Source: Gordius albopunctatus (taxonomy: Eukaryota). From it: DNA of 64,000 nucleotides. The position numbers and the translations under genes are program-made. Position 1 is the stretch's first letter; every line of letters begins with the position of its first letter. Below are positions 13,580-26,500 of this stretch, piece by piece. Where the stretch lies: NCBI GenBank assembly GCA_964276515.1, contig OZ193909.1:20708001-20772000 (forward strand), given 5' to 3'. The notes beneath the pieces are model-generated. The model had not been told where the DNA came from, did no database searches, and was given only the letters and a program-made list of their open reading frames with translations.

Positions 13580-14300
13580 GTTAATTTCATGGAAGGAATA
13601 TGCAATAATCAAGTGATTAGTGCTCTAGCAAAAGAATATTTTCACCACTGCCTTCTACTGCGACCTACGAAAGGATTTCATTGCAGTTCGAAGCGCATAA
13701 CATATCCCAGGCAGTTCCAGTGGCAGGTGCGCAGAAAAAATGAAGGGTTATAGGTTGTTTATCGATTGAAGTATTCCAAGTGGTGGCAGGGATGTCGTAT
13801 CAGTCAACCCAACAAATGGGCGTTCGAGGAATTAACAAACAGGTTGCGTAAGTTATTCAAAACAAATAATTATCGCCTGGCGCAAAGATTCATTCTTGGG
13901 GATATTCGCCATATAGGGGAACGCCGAAATACTATTCGTGCGCAGACTCAAAACCGCAGCAAAGAACAGCAACTTCAGAACTGATGAGTTCCAACACACT
14001 TATGGATCAGTTTATTCTGGGACTGCAGAAAAGACAGGGAAATGGCTGAATGACCTTGAATATGACAGGATCTTCGAGATAGTATGAAAACGGAGGCGAT
14101 CGATGAAGGGTTAAAAAGGTTGCATGTTACAGCCGAGGAGGCATTTGCAATGGATACGTAAATAGTCGGCCATAACTTGATCCGGTTCATCCATACTTTA
14201 TTTATATCGACTTATATATTAATGCTAATTTGGTTCAATTTTAATCGGACACGGCATCTGTCATAAAGATCGTGCCGATCCTCCTCTGGAGGGAACCCCT
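13580..14300 (+). pseudogene. Old hAT-transposase and LTR-gag remnants (duplicated at about 43280-44320)
   Basis: Fragmentary HLAAYLLNSRF / PPSTAAYER hAT-like motifs (clearer in the 43280-43750 copy) and RRLKTAAKNNNF gag-like residues; many stops. Confidence 0.4.
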
Positions 14301-14969
14301 ACCAACCGTGGCAGACCTCACCCCGACCGTCTATGGGTATGGAAACATAAAGATAGTTGCCGAGATTCGCCTAGGGCAGAAAAAGTCCCGCTTTATACAC
14401 TTGGATTAAAGTTATATCTAGCATCAGTAAGTGAAATCTATCCGGAATCTGCATATCAAGTTATTTTTAGTTTTAAAAAGGTTGGATGCCACAAATTTTT
14501 AGATATTAAATAAATTTTTATATAATAAAATCATAATATATAAATTTTTGGGATGTTTAAACTCTTTCATATCGCATTTACATCACCCTCATTGTTTACT
14601 AGTATAATGGGTCTTATTAGCTCCACATGATATAAACAATTTATCTGTTTGTGGCAAAAATTAAATTTGTCAATTAAAGGTATCGCCAGAAATTATTTTG
14701 TATTGGCAAGCACACCTAAATTAAATTATGTGTCCGCTTCAATAAAAGTGATTGCAAAGCAGTGGAATTATATAAATTATTCAAACTTTTAGGAATGGTA
14801 AACCATTCGAGATTTTAATCATTTGAGAGGAATAAATGCAAAAGACACCTTAAAACTTTATAAATTGATTTAATTTTTCATCTGGAGGTAAGTCAAAAAG
14901 TATTTGCGAAAAAGATGAAAATTTTTCAGGATCGTTGATACAAATAAAAATAAATTCTATTACTAAAAA

Positions 14970-16418
14970 TAGTGCTATAAACATTTGTAAAAAAATCGAA
15001 CGGGTTCGCGTTCAACGTTCATTGACAAAAATCGAACGCGTTCATGTTTGTTTTAAAAAAAAGGAACGCGTTCACGTGTTCACGTTCGTTCAAAATTTTA
15101 TGATAAATTTTTTTAAAATTTAATTTAATATAAATAAATGTCTTATATTTTTTAATACAATAAATAGCCATAAAAAATAATAGTTTTACTTCGAAAATAT
15201 AATTATAAATCAATATAATCCATTTTCTTATTGATTTTTAATAATAATTGTTTTCAAAATGGTGGTCTGATAAGCAGGAACGCTTGGCAGTTAATACAGC
15301 ATTAGTTATACTAAAAACCCGCTCCACAGGGGCAGGTGAGGGGATTGGAGTATTATACTTCTTCTTCTTCTTTATCAGTTATTTGGTCCCACATTGGTGG
15401 GGTTTGTTTTGATGAGTCTCTTCCATCTTGACCGGGTGAGTGCCATGTCTTGACGAATCTCTTTAGTTTCCATAACTTTATCGACTTGCCTTTTCCACGT
15501 GACACGGGGTCGTCCTCTTCCTCTCTTTCCCGGTATTTTCATGTCTAGCACTTTTCGATTTACGTCATCCGGGTCCCTTCTTAGTATATGCCCATACCAC
15601 CTTAGCCGATTTTGTTAATCATGTCCGCCATAGGTTGAATACCCATTTTTGTCATGAGAAAGTCATTCGTCATATGGTCGAGCTTAGTATACCCCAAGCT
15701 CCACCGTATCATTCTCATCTCCGTGGCTTGTAATAGCTTTCCTTCCGTGGTGTTTAATGCCCATGTTTCACTTCCATAGAGTAACACCACGATGGATTTG
15801 TAAGCTTTGCTCTTCAACCATATTGGCATTTTCTTGTCGCACATTACACCGGATATACTTCGCCATTTAACCCATCCTTTTTGAATCCGGGCATTGATTT
15901 CAGTTGCGCAACCTCCCTCTTGATGTAGCATAGAGCCGAGATAAGTAAACCTGTCTACATTAAGTATAATACTGCAAAATATGGAATATTATACTTAATA
16001 AACAAATTTTTTAAAAGAGGAAATTTATTAAAAGCATTTAATGTTTTGTCCATGGCTTCAAAAAATTGCGACAAAATATCATCCTCCAATCCGCCCTCTA
16101 TTTCCTCGTCAAAAAATGATATCTCGGAATCGACAGCTCTTTCATTATCAATTCTAGTGGTTTCAATCCCTTTTTTCAATAACATTATGGAAACAGGAAA
16201 AACACCTGATTAAAAAATATAAGACTTTTTTGTTGAAAATTTGGATTAACATTAATTTCCAAATAAATAAAAAAGGGTTTTTAAAATTAAACGAACGTTA
16301 AATTCGAACGCGTTCATCAAAAAAAAGAACGCGTTCACGTTCAAAGTTCACCAAAAAATAAAAGAACGCCGTTCATGAACGCGTTCATAAAAATTGAACG
16401 CGTTCATTTACAGCACTA
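14970..16418. mobile_element. Non-autonomous hAT element containing a 5'-truncated RTE (15359-15955, minus)
   Basis: TIR tagtgct(a/g)taaa; TSD actaaaaa/attaaaaa; AACGCGTT subterminal repeats; empty site at about 57775. The nested RTE 3' end is nearly identical to 3250-3857. Confidence 0.8.
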
Positions 16419-17576
16419 ATTAAAAATAATCTCCTTTAAGTCTGTGAAATTAAAAAAAAGCTCTTGCTTATTTTAAACCATAATTTGCTGCCTTATTTCT
16501 ATAGTGGCGAAATATGAATAAAGTATTATGAATATAGTGCTTTATATAAATCGTCAAATAAATTACTTGAGTATCATCTTATTTAGTTACTCGGGAAAAA
16601 TTATAACTAGTAGTCGAAGTTCTTAACGTGAAAGTAACTGTTATAGTTGTTAAATTGCTAAGTAGCTTCAACTAAAAACGCGAGCACGAACACTAGCTGT
16701 GTAATATGCTAGTTTCGGTACAATAGTTTTAACAGTAGCATGTAAAAATGCTCGAGAGCTTAGTCGAAGCAGCCCAATCTGTTAAAAAAATTAGCAGAAG
16801 CTCGAGCAGTAAATTCGAGCAGAGATAGTAGATTGATTGAATTGCTATTTGTTAAAATTTAGTTACTTACAATATTTGCTCATATTATATATCATAAATA
16901 AATTAAGAACTTTGCCCCCCCCCTCCCCCCTGGTGAAACAATTCAATCTAGAGGTCTGCAACGGGCCGTTTTTAGATGCTCGGCCCGCCCGTACCCGTTT
17001 TCAAAACTTTAAGGCCCGTCCTAGCCCGCCCGTAATTTTATTTCACAACTTCAGGCCCGTCCGTAAATTTTGTAGTCCCGTCCCTAGGTTTTTCAGGCCC
17101 CTTTAGAAAAACGTCAGGCTCGCTCAAATTTGTTTAAAACTCCGCGCCCGGCCCAATTCATCAAAAATTTCGCATAATTTTATTTTTTGACATATTTATA
17201 AAAAAAGCATCAATAATTATCATGTAAAAATGATAAATCATCAATTATTTCAGCAGTTAGTTAATACACATAAAAAATTTTACTATAGGACTACTATTAC
17301 ATTACTCTAACAAATTACATAAGAATATTCCACTTTTAATACTTCACTTTTATTTGATCAATTTAAGTTAATAGACCTAAGAAGTTTTCATTATTACCAT
17401 AAAATTAAAATACTTTAATAAAATCACATGAGAATATTCAGCTTTCAATAAGCAGCCAGGATTTTCTCAAGGGGGGGGGGGGAAATTTAAAAAAAAAATT
17501 TATAGCATTTTTATTTCAACAACAAAAATTTGAATTCACAAAATATAAAATTTGCATATAAAATAAAAAAGAGTTA

Positions 17577-19563
17577 TTATAAAATAATTTTATATTTTAT
17601 TTTCCCCATTAAAAAAATATTAAGAACTACATCGGGAGTAAAAGCTAACTCCCGATGAATTGTCAATAAAGCCAATCCATTTAATCTATTCTTAGACATG
17701 GTATTTCTAATGTAAGTTTTTAGCCTCCTCAGCGTTGAGAAGCTTCGTTCATTAGTACACGTTGTGATTGGAAGGCAAGCTAATAGATATAGAAGAGTCG
17801 TTATATTTGGTAGGGATCTTAATATATTATGTTCGGATAAGGCGTTTAAATGATTCTTTGGACGAGATCCTTCTGAGATCTTAGATAAGAAGGTCATATA
17901 CCAGATATTGAATTCTGCTATGAGATCTTCATTAGTCCCTTGGAGGTCATTTGCATAAAACTCCGATAGAAAATTTATTTTTAATCGAGTTACTGGTGAA
18001 ACAATAAAGGAATTTTGGGGAAATAAAATTTGGAAATTTTCCAAAACTTGTTTCTTGTCCAGAAACCGTTCATTTAATTATGTAATAAAAATATCAAGTA
18101 ATGGTATAAATATAGTAATTTTGTAGTATTCTTGAATGGATTCAGTATTAATGTTACTTCTACAAGTTTGTTTTTTTTGCAAACCGAGGTTTTTTGAGCT
18201 CGAAATCATACAACTTGGCCTTGTCTTCAGCGACTAAAAAAACTTGTTGAAACTCTTCATCAACGTTGTTTCTGTTTGATCTACTAAAGTCTCCGCCAAC
18301 TGTGTAACTTGTTGAAGATGCAAGTCATTTTTTTGCAATTGCTTGGATAAAATAGATGTGTAGCCAAATAGTTTATTCATGCATAAAAGGGAAATTAAAT
18401 ATTCTGACTGCCGTAGAGAAGTGAGCAACGTTGCAGCTTCTGTTGCAACAGCGTGGTCATAACAGGTTGAAATTTTTTCCAATGGCGGATATATGGCATC
18501 TTGAAGTAAAATATGGGTGGAAACGGCATCGTGCCGTGATGCCCAGCGGGTCGCACACACTTGCTTTAATTTTTCTATAGGAGGTTTGTCTTCCAATTTT
18601 GACAACATTTCAATAAGAACCTGACGACGTTTCGGATATTTAAAAACATCGTAAACTTTAGAAACAATCCCTATTAAAAAAAATTATATTTTAAATATAA
18701 TCTATATATTACCCATGCAATTCCGTATAGTGGGAATGGTGCAGGCATCTGATAGAGCTAAATTTAACGAATGTGATGCACAATGAACATACCGTTAAAC
18801 TTCCCGCTCATATTCCGGGCCCCATCATAGCCCTGGCCTCTTAACAAATTTATATTAATATTTAGATCCTTTATGTTTTTGATAATTATATGTCCTAGCT
18901 CCTTTCCTGTTGTGTCAATATCTGGGACAAATTGCAAAAAAATTTATTTTATGGCTAACGTTGAAGTATCAATCGTGAAAAGGGGAGATTTGTTAATTTC
19001 ATTGGCTAATTTATTGAGGATTAATTCATTACAAATGGTTATAACCTCATTTTGAAAATGAGGACTTAGGTAAAGGGCATTTTTCAAAAAGTCTGAAAGT
19101 ACTGGCTCCCCATTAGTCCGGTATCTTAAGAGGGCTCTAAAATTACCGGAATTATTATCTTGTACATCAGATTTAATAGGTCCAGAATCTTTATGGCCTC
19201 TTAAGGCCAATCCTTGAATCCCCAATGTCAAAATAGTATCAATGATGGGAGCTATCTACAAAGCTTTTTCCCATCTCTAATTGATTTTAGAGATATGGCT
19301 GTCTGTATTGAGTCTATGTGATATAAATATTTTTGGTGTAAATTAAAAATTTCTGTAGCATCTTTCCATCTTCTGAATGGTTCAGAAACTAGCCCCTTCA
19401 ACTTATGTTGCCCCTTTCCACCAAATTTTGGGCCAAAAAGTACGCATGTTTTACAGAACACCCCATTTTCCTTTGGCGAATAGACAAGCCAGCTCCATTT
19501 CTGGAACCAGGAGTGTTGAAATTTTAATTTTTTTAGTGTGGTATCATGAGGAAAATTGAACAA
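17577..19563 (-). mobile_element. Frameshifted hAT transposase (TTF zinc finger / DUF4371, ZMYM1-like type)
   Basis: FQHSWFQKWSWLVYS..VFCKTC, GLALRGH, NSGNFRALL, CATRWASRH and LPITTCTNERSFSTLRRLKTY spread over several ORFs. Confidence 0.85.
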
Positions 19564-20789
19564 AATGGTGGGTTGATAAATTTCATCATGTAGTTCTAGC
19601 TTATTTTCTTCAATATTTTTATTATTTACATATAAACTTATGTGATAAGGGAAAGGGTCGCTTGAATCTAAATTTAATTATTTAAAAAGATTTAAAATAC
19701 AAAATCAACTTTTCATAAACTTAGAAAATATGTATAATTATAAATACCATTTCGTTTGATTATTAAAGGTAAAATGCCAGTCTCAATAGTATCTTGTGAT
19801 AAATTTTGTTGGCTAACTTCTATAAGTATAAAATACATAAATAATATAAAAACTCGGGCCTTCGGCCCTCGTGGGAAGGGGAGGAGGGTAGGGAAGGGGG
19901 AACTCATCTACACTCCGTATAAATGTATCATATTTGCTATGCAATTTATGGAAATACTTACGTGAATATTGCAAAACGAAGGTTGGAAGCACTAAATAAG
20001 TGTATATGCCAAATATCATAAAGGGGGAGAGAGGGAGCGAAGGGGAAGCTTTATGGTTAGTTAAATTCTACGGGAAACAGTTGTATTAATTTATATTTAG
20101 GTAGACAAATTTTTACTTGTCTATTTTTAAAGACTATTTTTAATATAGGAAGAAAATTTGGAGGGAAATAAGCAATAATTTTTTCACAAAATAAATTCAA
20201 AAAAAATGGAAATCCTAAATTTTTTAAAAGTGCCCGGGGTTAGTCATAGCCCATAAATTAACTCTGACGTTTTTACTTTTTTTAGTGTAGGCTAACTCAT
20301 ATCAATAAAAAGATTGTTTCTTTATAAAAAATTTAGAAAATGCAAATGTAATATGATTATTTTTTCTTTTTATCATGCCATTTGTAAAACACAATGAAAA
20401 ATGGCTAGCAATAGCCCCTCTCCGACTAGCCCCGACCCCTATTTTAATAAACAATTAATAATGTAGATAAATGAAAGACAAAACCTAATTTTATGCAAGA
20501 ACACAAAAAAACAAAATATAGTAATCTTTAAAATAAATAATTCAATGTGTAAAAATGTATATGAAAGAATATTAATGTTGAAAACCTAAACACTAGCACA
20601 TGCAAAAAACAATCATGAACAAAATATCACATTTGAGAATAAATAAAAATATTACATTAGTTTTTATGGCCTCTAGTGATTATGGGTCTAACAAACATTA
20701 TATTATAAAACACCACAATGTTAAGAATTTGCAGAATTGTTGGGAGAAATTTTTTGTTGAATTTGAACAATTTTTAATTAAAAAAATCA

Positions 20790-21830
20790 AAAATTTGGCC
20801 AATGGTCATTTCTTCTGCATTGGTCAGTACCAACAGATACTCTATAAGTCAATGATAGCCAAAAAAACGGAAAAAAAATTTTGATGCTCACTTTGGCCAA
20901 TGGTCATTTTTTCCCATTGGTCAGCAGCCAGCACACGGTAAAAGTGGATATAAATTCATAAGAGTAAAAAAAACGAAAAAAAAATTTTCGAATCACATTT
21001 TGGCCAAAGGTCATTTTTTTCCATTGGTCAGCAGCCAGGACACGGTAAAAGTGGATATAAATTCATAATAGTCAAAAAAAACGAAAAAAAAGTTTTCGAA
21101 TCACATTTTGGCCAATGGTTATTTTATTCCATTGGTCAGCAGCCAGCGGACGGCCAAAAAGTCATAATAGGAATGGTAGGAACAGGAACAATCATAATAG
21201 TCAAAAAAAACGAAAAAAAAATTTTCGAATCACATTTTGGCCAATGGTCATTTTATTCCATTGGTCAGCAGCCAGCGGACGGCCAAAAAGTCATAATAGC
21301 AATGGTAGGAACAGGAACAATCATAATAGTCAAAAAAACGAAAAAATAAACTCGGATACACATTTTGGCCAATGGTCATTTTTTTCATTGGTCAGCAGCC
21401 AGCGGACGGCCAAAAAGTCTTATTATCAATGATAGTAACAAGAACAATCATAAGAGTCAAAAAAAACTCCGTGATTCTAACCCAAAAACTAGATAAATTG
21501 CATAGCAATTATTAAAAAGTATAGGGTAATTATCAATGTTAACCTATTCAAAAACGAAAAATTTGGATTTATTTGGCCAATGGTCATTTTTTCATTGGTC
21601 AGTAGCCTGCGGACGGTCAGAATGTCATATTATTAATGGTATTAACAAGAACAAAATATTAATTTAATTTAAAAAAAATAAACAAATTTTGTCCTCTCCG
21701 GGTCTCGATCCACAACCTGCAAGTCGGGAAGCTGGTGTAAATAACTTGGTGGACGACGGACGGACGACGGACGGACGGACAACAAAAAACGAGCCCATAA
21801 ATTGCATAGCAATTAATAAAAAAAGTCTTT
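20790..21830 (-). repeat. Tandem array of about 100-130-bp units beside a (GGAC)n microsatellite; DINE/Helentron-like
   Basis: About seven ttggccaatggtcatt...cattggtcag units starting near 20795, 20893, 21000, 21108, 21237, 21365 and 21573; ggac repeats at 21750-21780; aaattgcatagcaa motif at about 21495 and 21800. Confidence 0.6.
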
Positions 21831-23533
21831 AACAAATTATAGATTAAACGAATCGGGGTCAAAGTGGCAGAATGATGAAAAAGTAGCAGAAGAAGTCGGG
21901 GTGAGGGAAAATGCGAAGCGCGCAGACATTTTAGAATTATACGAAAAAACGACATACATTAAATTGTGATTTTCATGTATTATCTGGGAGAATTTGTCTC
22001 ATTTTTGAGCAAGGATAGAAGAGGTATACAAAATATAGATTTTAAAGCATGTTTAATTAGAATTTAAAAAATCTTCAAGAAGTGGGCAGGTACTGACCCT
22101 TGGTCAATATTCTTACATCAAAGCTAATATGGGTAAAAATCATCAGACCTATTGGAGATGCATAAAAAGGAAATGTGGGGGGAAAGGAATCCTTAAGCAT
22201 TAAAAATTTGAAATAACTAAGGATCATACATGTAGTACAACAATTCCATCCACAAGTAAGCTTGCAAGTTATTAGTCATTATATACATCCTACAGGTAGT
22301 TCAAACATTACAAATGAATTCTTGGAACCTCCTTTAAATCATGACCTACCAAATCTTGACATGCAACTCAGTATTTTTTGCAACAAATGATAAAAAGCCC
22401 GTCCGTACCCCGGGCCTGCCCGTGCAGATCTCTAATTCAATCTATTACTATCTGCTCGAGCTTCTGCTAAATTTTTTAACAGATTGGGCTGCTTCGACTA
22501 ACCCTCGAGGATTTTTACATGCTACTGTTAAAACTATTGCACCGAACAGCTAGCACTCATTGTGCTAAACTAGCATATTACACAGCTAGTGTTCATGCTC
22601 GAGCATAGCATATAGTTAGCATTGTTAAAGTTAGCAATTAGCAACTCTAGTAACTGTATATTAACAAGTTCCTTTAGATAAGGATGGTATTTGTATGCTA
22701 CTTCTAGTTTCATTTGAATTAATTCACGTCACGCTACTACTTTTCAAGTCTAATTTATTTTTTAGAAAATCTTGGGGGATCTCTTTGAGATTAAACGTTT
22801 TAGAAGTGGCAGAAGGAGCACCATCTGAGTGTACTCTAGCAAAGATCGCAAAGACTTAAGAGATACACACTTCACTTTTCGATTTTTATATATGTAAAAC
22901 TATTATTTTTCCCTCTGTCTCGATATATATATATATTTAGTCTATTCGCGTTTCGATTAATACACCCAAAGCTAAACGCCAAAGGCCGCCCAAAAAATTC
23001 ACATAAAACGCGTTGGGTGGTTTTTGACAAAAAAGCCAAACTCTAAAGCCCCCACCCCAAGAAATTTCACCTAACACACTATAAAAGGCTGGGTGCAAAT
23101 AAACGCTAACGCCTGCAGGCGACCAACAGAAAACCTTGGTTTTTTACAAAACTACCATATAGTATATAGGTGAAGACAAAATGTGGAGGCAATAAGACTT
23201 GGTTGGCTAAAAGTTCTTAATTCTTTTCAAAGCTATAAAGAAACTGAAAAACCAACTCGTATACACAATGTAATGTGCTAAGTATACAAAAGCTACCCAC
23301 CGTTAAAAATGATCTAATCAATGTGAACCTAAATGCTGAAAAAAGTGTAACTATATATAAACTTATTGTATTTATTAAAACTTACTAAACATTAAAAAAA
23401 ACATCTCAAGATTTGTTTACAAACTTTGTCACATGCCAAATTTACACAAAATGTTTCTAAATAATATTTTGCTGCTAGAAATTAAATTTTATTATCAATA
23501 GAATATTGCGCATAGATCGGAGATACAAAATCG

Positions 23534-26500
23534 CTAGGTAGCGTCTATAAAAAAGTTTGAAGCTGATTCTTTGTTTGCCTCGCTTAAACATCGTCTACAA
23601 ACGGGATTCATAACATATTGGAGCCAAGGGGAGAGTAGGTGTGGGAGCGAGGAGGGAGAGCCAATAGAGGGTAGGGTGTGTGAAGTTAGGACATGACATC
23701 CCCGGCACAGCAGTCTTTTAGAGGAGCAGTTGGGACAACAATGAACGTGAGATTCAATGGATTGCAATGATTCCTTTAAACTTTGGACGTAGCTGTTCGG
23801 TGTCCCAACTAAGTCACCGACGGAATACAGCTCTTCTGGCAACACCTCTGCCCTTTCTTCGCCTAATGGTGTACATGTTATGAACAAGACAGATCACAAA
23901 TTGCATAGCAAATTAATAAATTAAAGTGCTTAGTTAGGTGGTGAGAACGAAGGTTAAAAACAAATTCGATAATAGATGATGTATCCATGGGCGTAGGCAG
24001 ATTGAGGGGGGGGGCAATTAAGATTGGGTAGGGGCGAAATGATAATTTTTAGTTATTTTAATTTCTTGATTTAAAGACCCTACCTCCCCCGGCTAGGCCC
24101 ATGGATGTCTCCATCACGATAGTGCGAAAGGTGTTGGCTGCCGTTTGAGGCATAACATACTGAACGCTATTTGATTTTTTTAATTTATAATTTAATTTAA
24201 AAAATCAATATTAAGCTAATTACACATAACAAAAGTCCATTAGAAAAAAAAATATATACTGAAAATTATAAAACATTTGCTTATTTGCTAAAGGCGACAT
24301 TAGCGCCACCTATAATAATTTTTTTAAACTATAGGTGTGATAGGAGTCCTCTTTTAGTCTACTATATTATTAGTCTATGTCCTTAACTTACCGCGGCGGG
24401 GCTGATTAAGGTAGGTGAGTATGGCGGTTACGAAATCCCCATTTCCCCGTCTATTTTTGAGAAATTTTTGGGCGACCCTCAAAGAACAAGATGACAAGTA
24501 GAGGTTGTACAACGTGTACAGGGCGCTTTTCATGATCCTTATGGAGTCGAGACCGGGAATGCTATGGTATAGGGGACAATCCCCCCTTCCTAATCTTATT
24601 AGAGGATCATTTCGACAAGTGTCCAACAACACCTTATCGCGATGGCATACCTGTCCGGGATCACACAAAATAGAGTAATCATCATCATGCATATCCAGTT
24701 AAGGATAAATTATGGGAAAGATCAGTAAAATTAAGAAGGCAACTTTACGTGGCGATTCACGATTATGCATTAAGATTATGAGAAGTTATATAAATTTAAA
24801 GTTTAGGGGCATCATTATAATTCTTTGCGAGGTAATTTTATAGCTTACTTTGTACAGTTTGAAATCCCAATTGAGCAAGAGTCTGGCGGGAATGATTGAG
24901 CTTTCCTTGAGGTGGCAATAGGTGCAATAGTAGAGGCCATCGTAATGGCATACCCTGTACTCCCTCCCGAACCCTGGCATTACGCAATTGTTGCAAAGTG
25001 TAAATTAATAATATTAATAGAAAAGTTGGCAAGACAATTTCCTTAAACCCAAACTAACATTTCGAAACCTACTACGTCTATAGCCTTGATTCCATTTCAA
25101 ATTATAGAGAGGTAGAGGCATGGGCGTGGCATTGGGATTAGAGGGGGGGGGGCAATAATGATTTAGGGAGGGGAAAAATGATTATTTATTTGAAATTTTA
25201 GCCCTATTTCAATAAATTTCAACTTTAATTCGATATAAATATACCGATTGATCGAGAACAGAGTGGGCCGGCGCAGGTATTATTTTGCAGGTCGAGTCCC
25301 TTCTCATTCTGCATGGCGTCGTGCAAGCACAAAAATTTCTTCAATCCTCGTTCAGAGATATCACCTCGTTCCAGGATGGTTGGATGATTGCTTAGCAATA
25401 TTCTGTAATCTACGGCGCGCACACACACACACACACACAAACAAACAAATGAATGAATGAGTATACATCATGTATTAATTGCTATTGAAGTGTCCTCCTG
25501 TCCACTTTGATTTCATAGAAATCGTTGGAAAAATATGATTAAAGAGTGTGACATGCAAATATGGCTTACACAAAGGAAGGAGGCTTTGATATTCTCCAAG
25601 GTACAAGAGGGGCATATCAGCTTCTTTAGGAGGAAGCAACTCGTCCACTGAAGTAGCTTCCGACACTTTCAACTTTTCAAATTCCTCTCTACCCATCTCA
25701 GCCATCTCCTTAATAATGATCATTATCATCGAGGACTAAGAATCGAGTAAAATTAAAAATACACAAAAATGGTATTAAGTAAAATGAAAAGGGAAGGGAC
25801 AGGACCATCCCCATTCTTCTCATCACATCGCATCGCATTAACTAGTGTTGTAAAAAGAGGGGTGGGTTTTGTTGGGGGGGGGGGGGCTTAAACAAAAACA
25901 CAGATCATACGTTTTTTGCCCGTTTCTCGTAGTCGACATTTAGGCCAAGTCGAAATTTGGAAAAGAGACGAGAAGATTTTGGTGTATTTTTCAAAATAAA
26001 GCCAGGACTTTTTACAACACTTGGCACTACTACGACTCAAACTTAATTGAATACAAATCTAATATAAAGCGGTGTTGGAGGAATTGGTGAAGAATTTACA
26101 CCAAGTTGCGGAGTTGTAGCCGGGATTCGAGGCTGTTGTAATATGGATGGAGAGCTCAAGCATGCTTCAACACTACCACGCACCTCCTCGTTTTCCGTCA
26201 ATAAATGCTCATTTGTGAGTTCTTCCCTTTCCCCCTTTATCATAACTTGTTCCGGGGCAGCATGAGGAGGGTTGGGAGTCCCGCTAGATGATACGAGGGA
26301 TTGCGAAGTCGAATAATCATCTGGCGAATTGGGGAGGGGCAAATATTTTGCCCACCTTCGTGTCAACTCGTCCAAAGTTGAGGTATCGACGCTAGTTTTG
26401 GAAAACTTATTTTCCAATATTTCCGCGATAACCGGGTTTTTGATACGACCAAACCTACTCTTTGACTGCGACTGCGTTGTGTGCACTGCGGAGCGTTTAT

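Larger units (their letters stand above)
16949..22434. mobile_element. hAT-type element, second layer of the nest
   Basis: TIR tagaggtctgca / tgcagatctcta; 8-bp TSD attcaatc; GCCCG-rich subterminal repeats. Confidence 0.8.
16642..22649. mobile_element. hAT-type non-autonomous element, outer layer of a nest
   Basis: Termini tatagttgttaaattgctaa / ttagcaattagcaactcta; 8-bp TSD gtaactgt; empty site at about 58024-58031. Confidence 0.8.

Noticed and set aside
13454..14190. Novel duplicated host gene (similar ORFs at 43804-44227)
   Set aside because: Frames differ between copies and the residues fit decayed hAT and gag sequence.
20790..21660. CRISPR-like array
   Set aside because: The intervening sequences are homologous to each other rather than unique spacers, there are no cas genes, and the context is eukaryotic.
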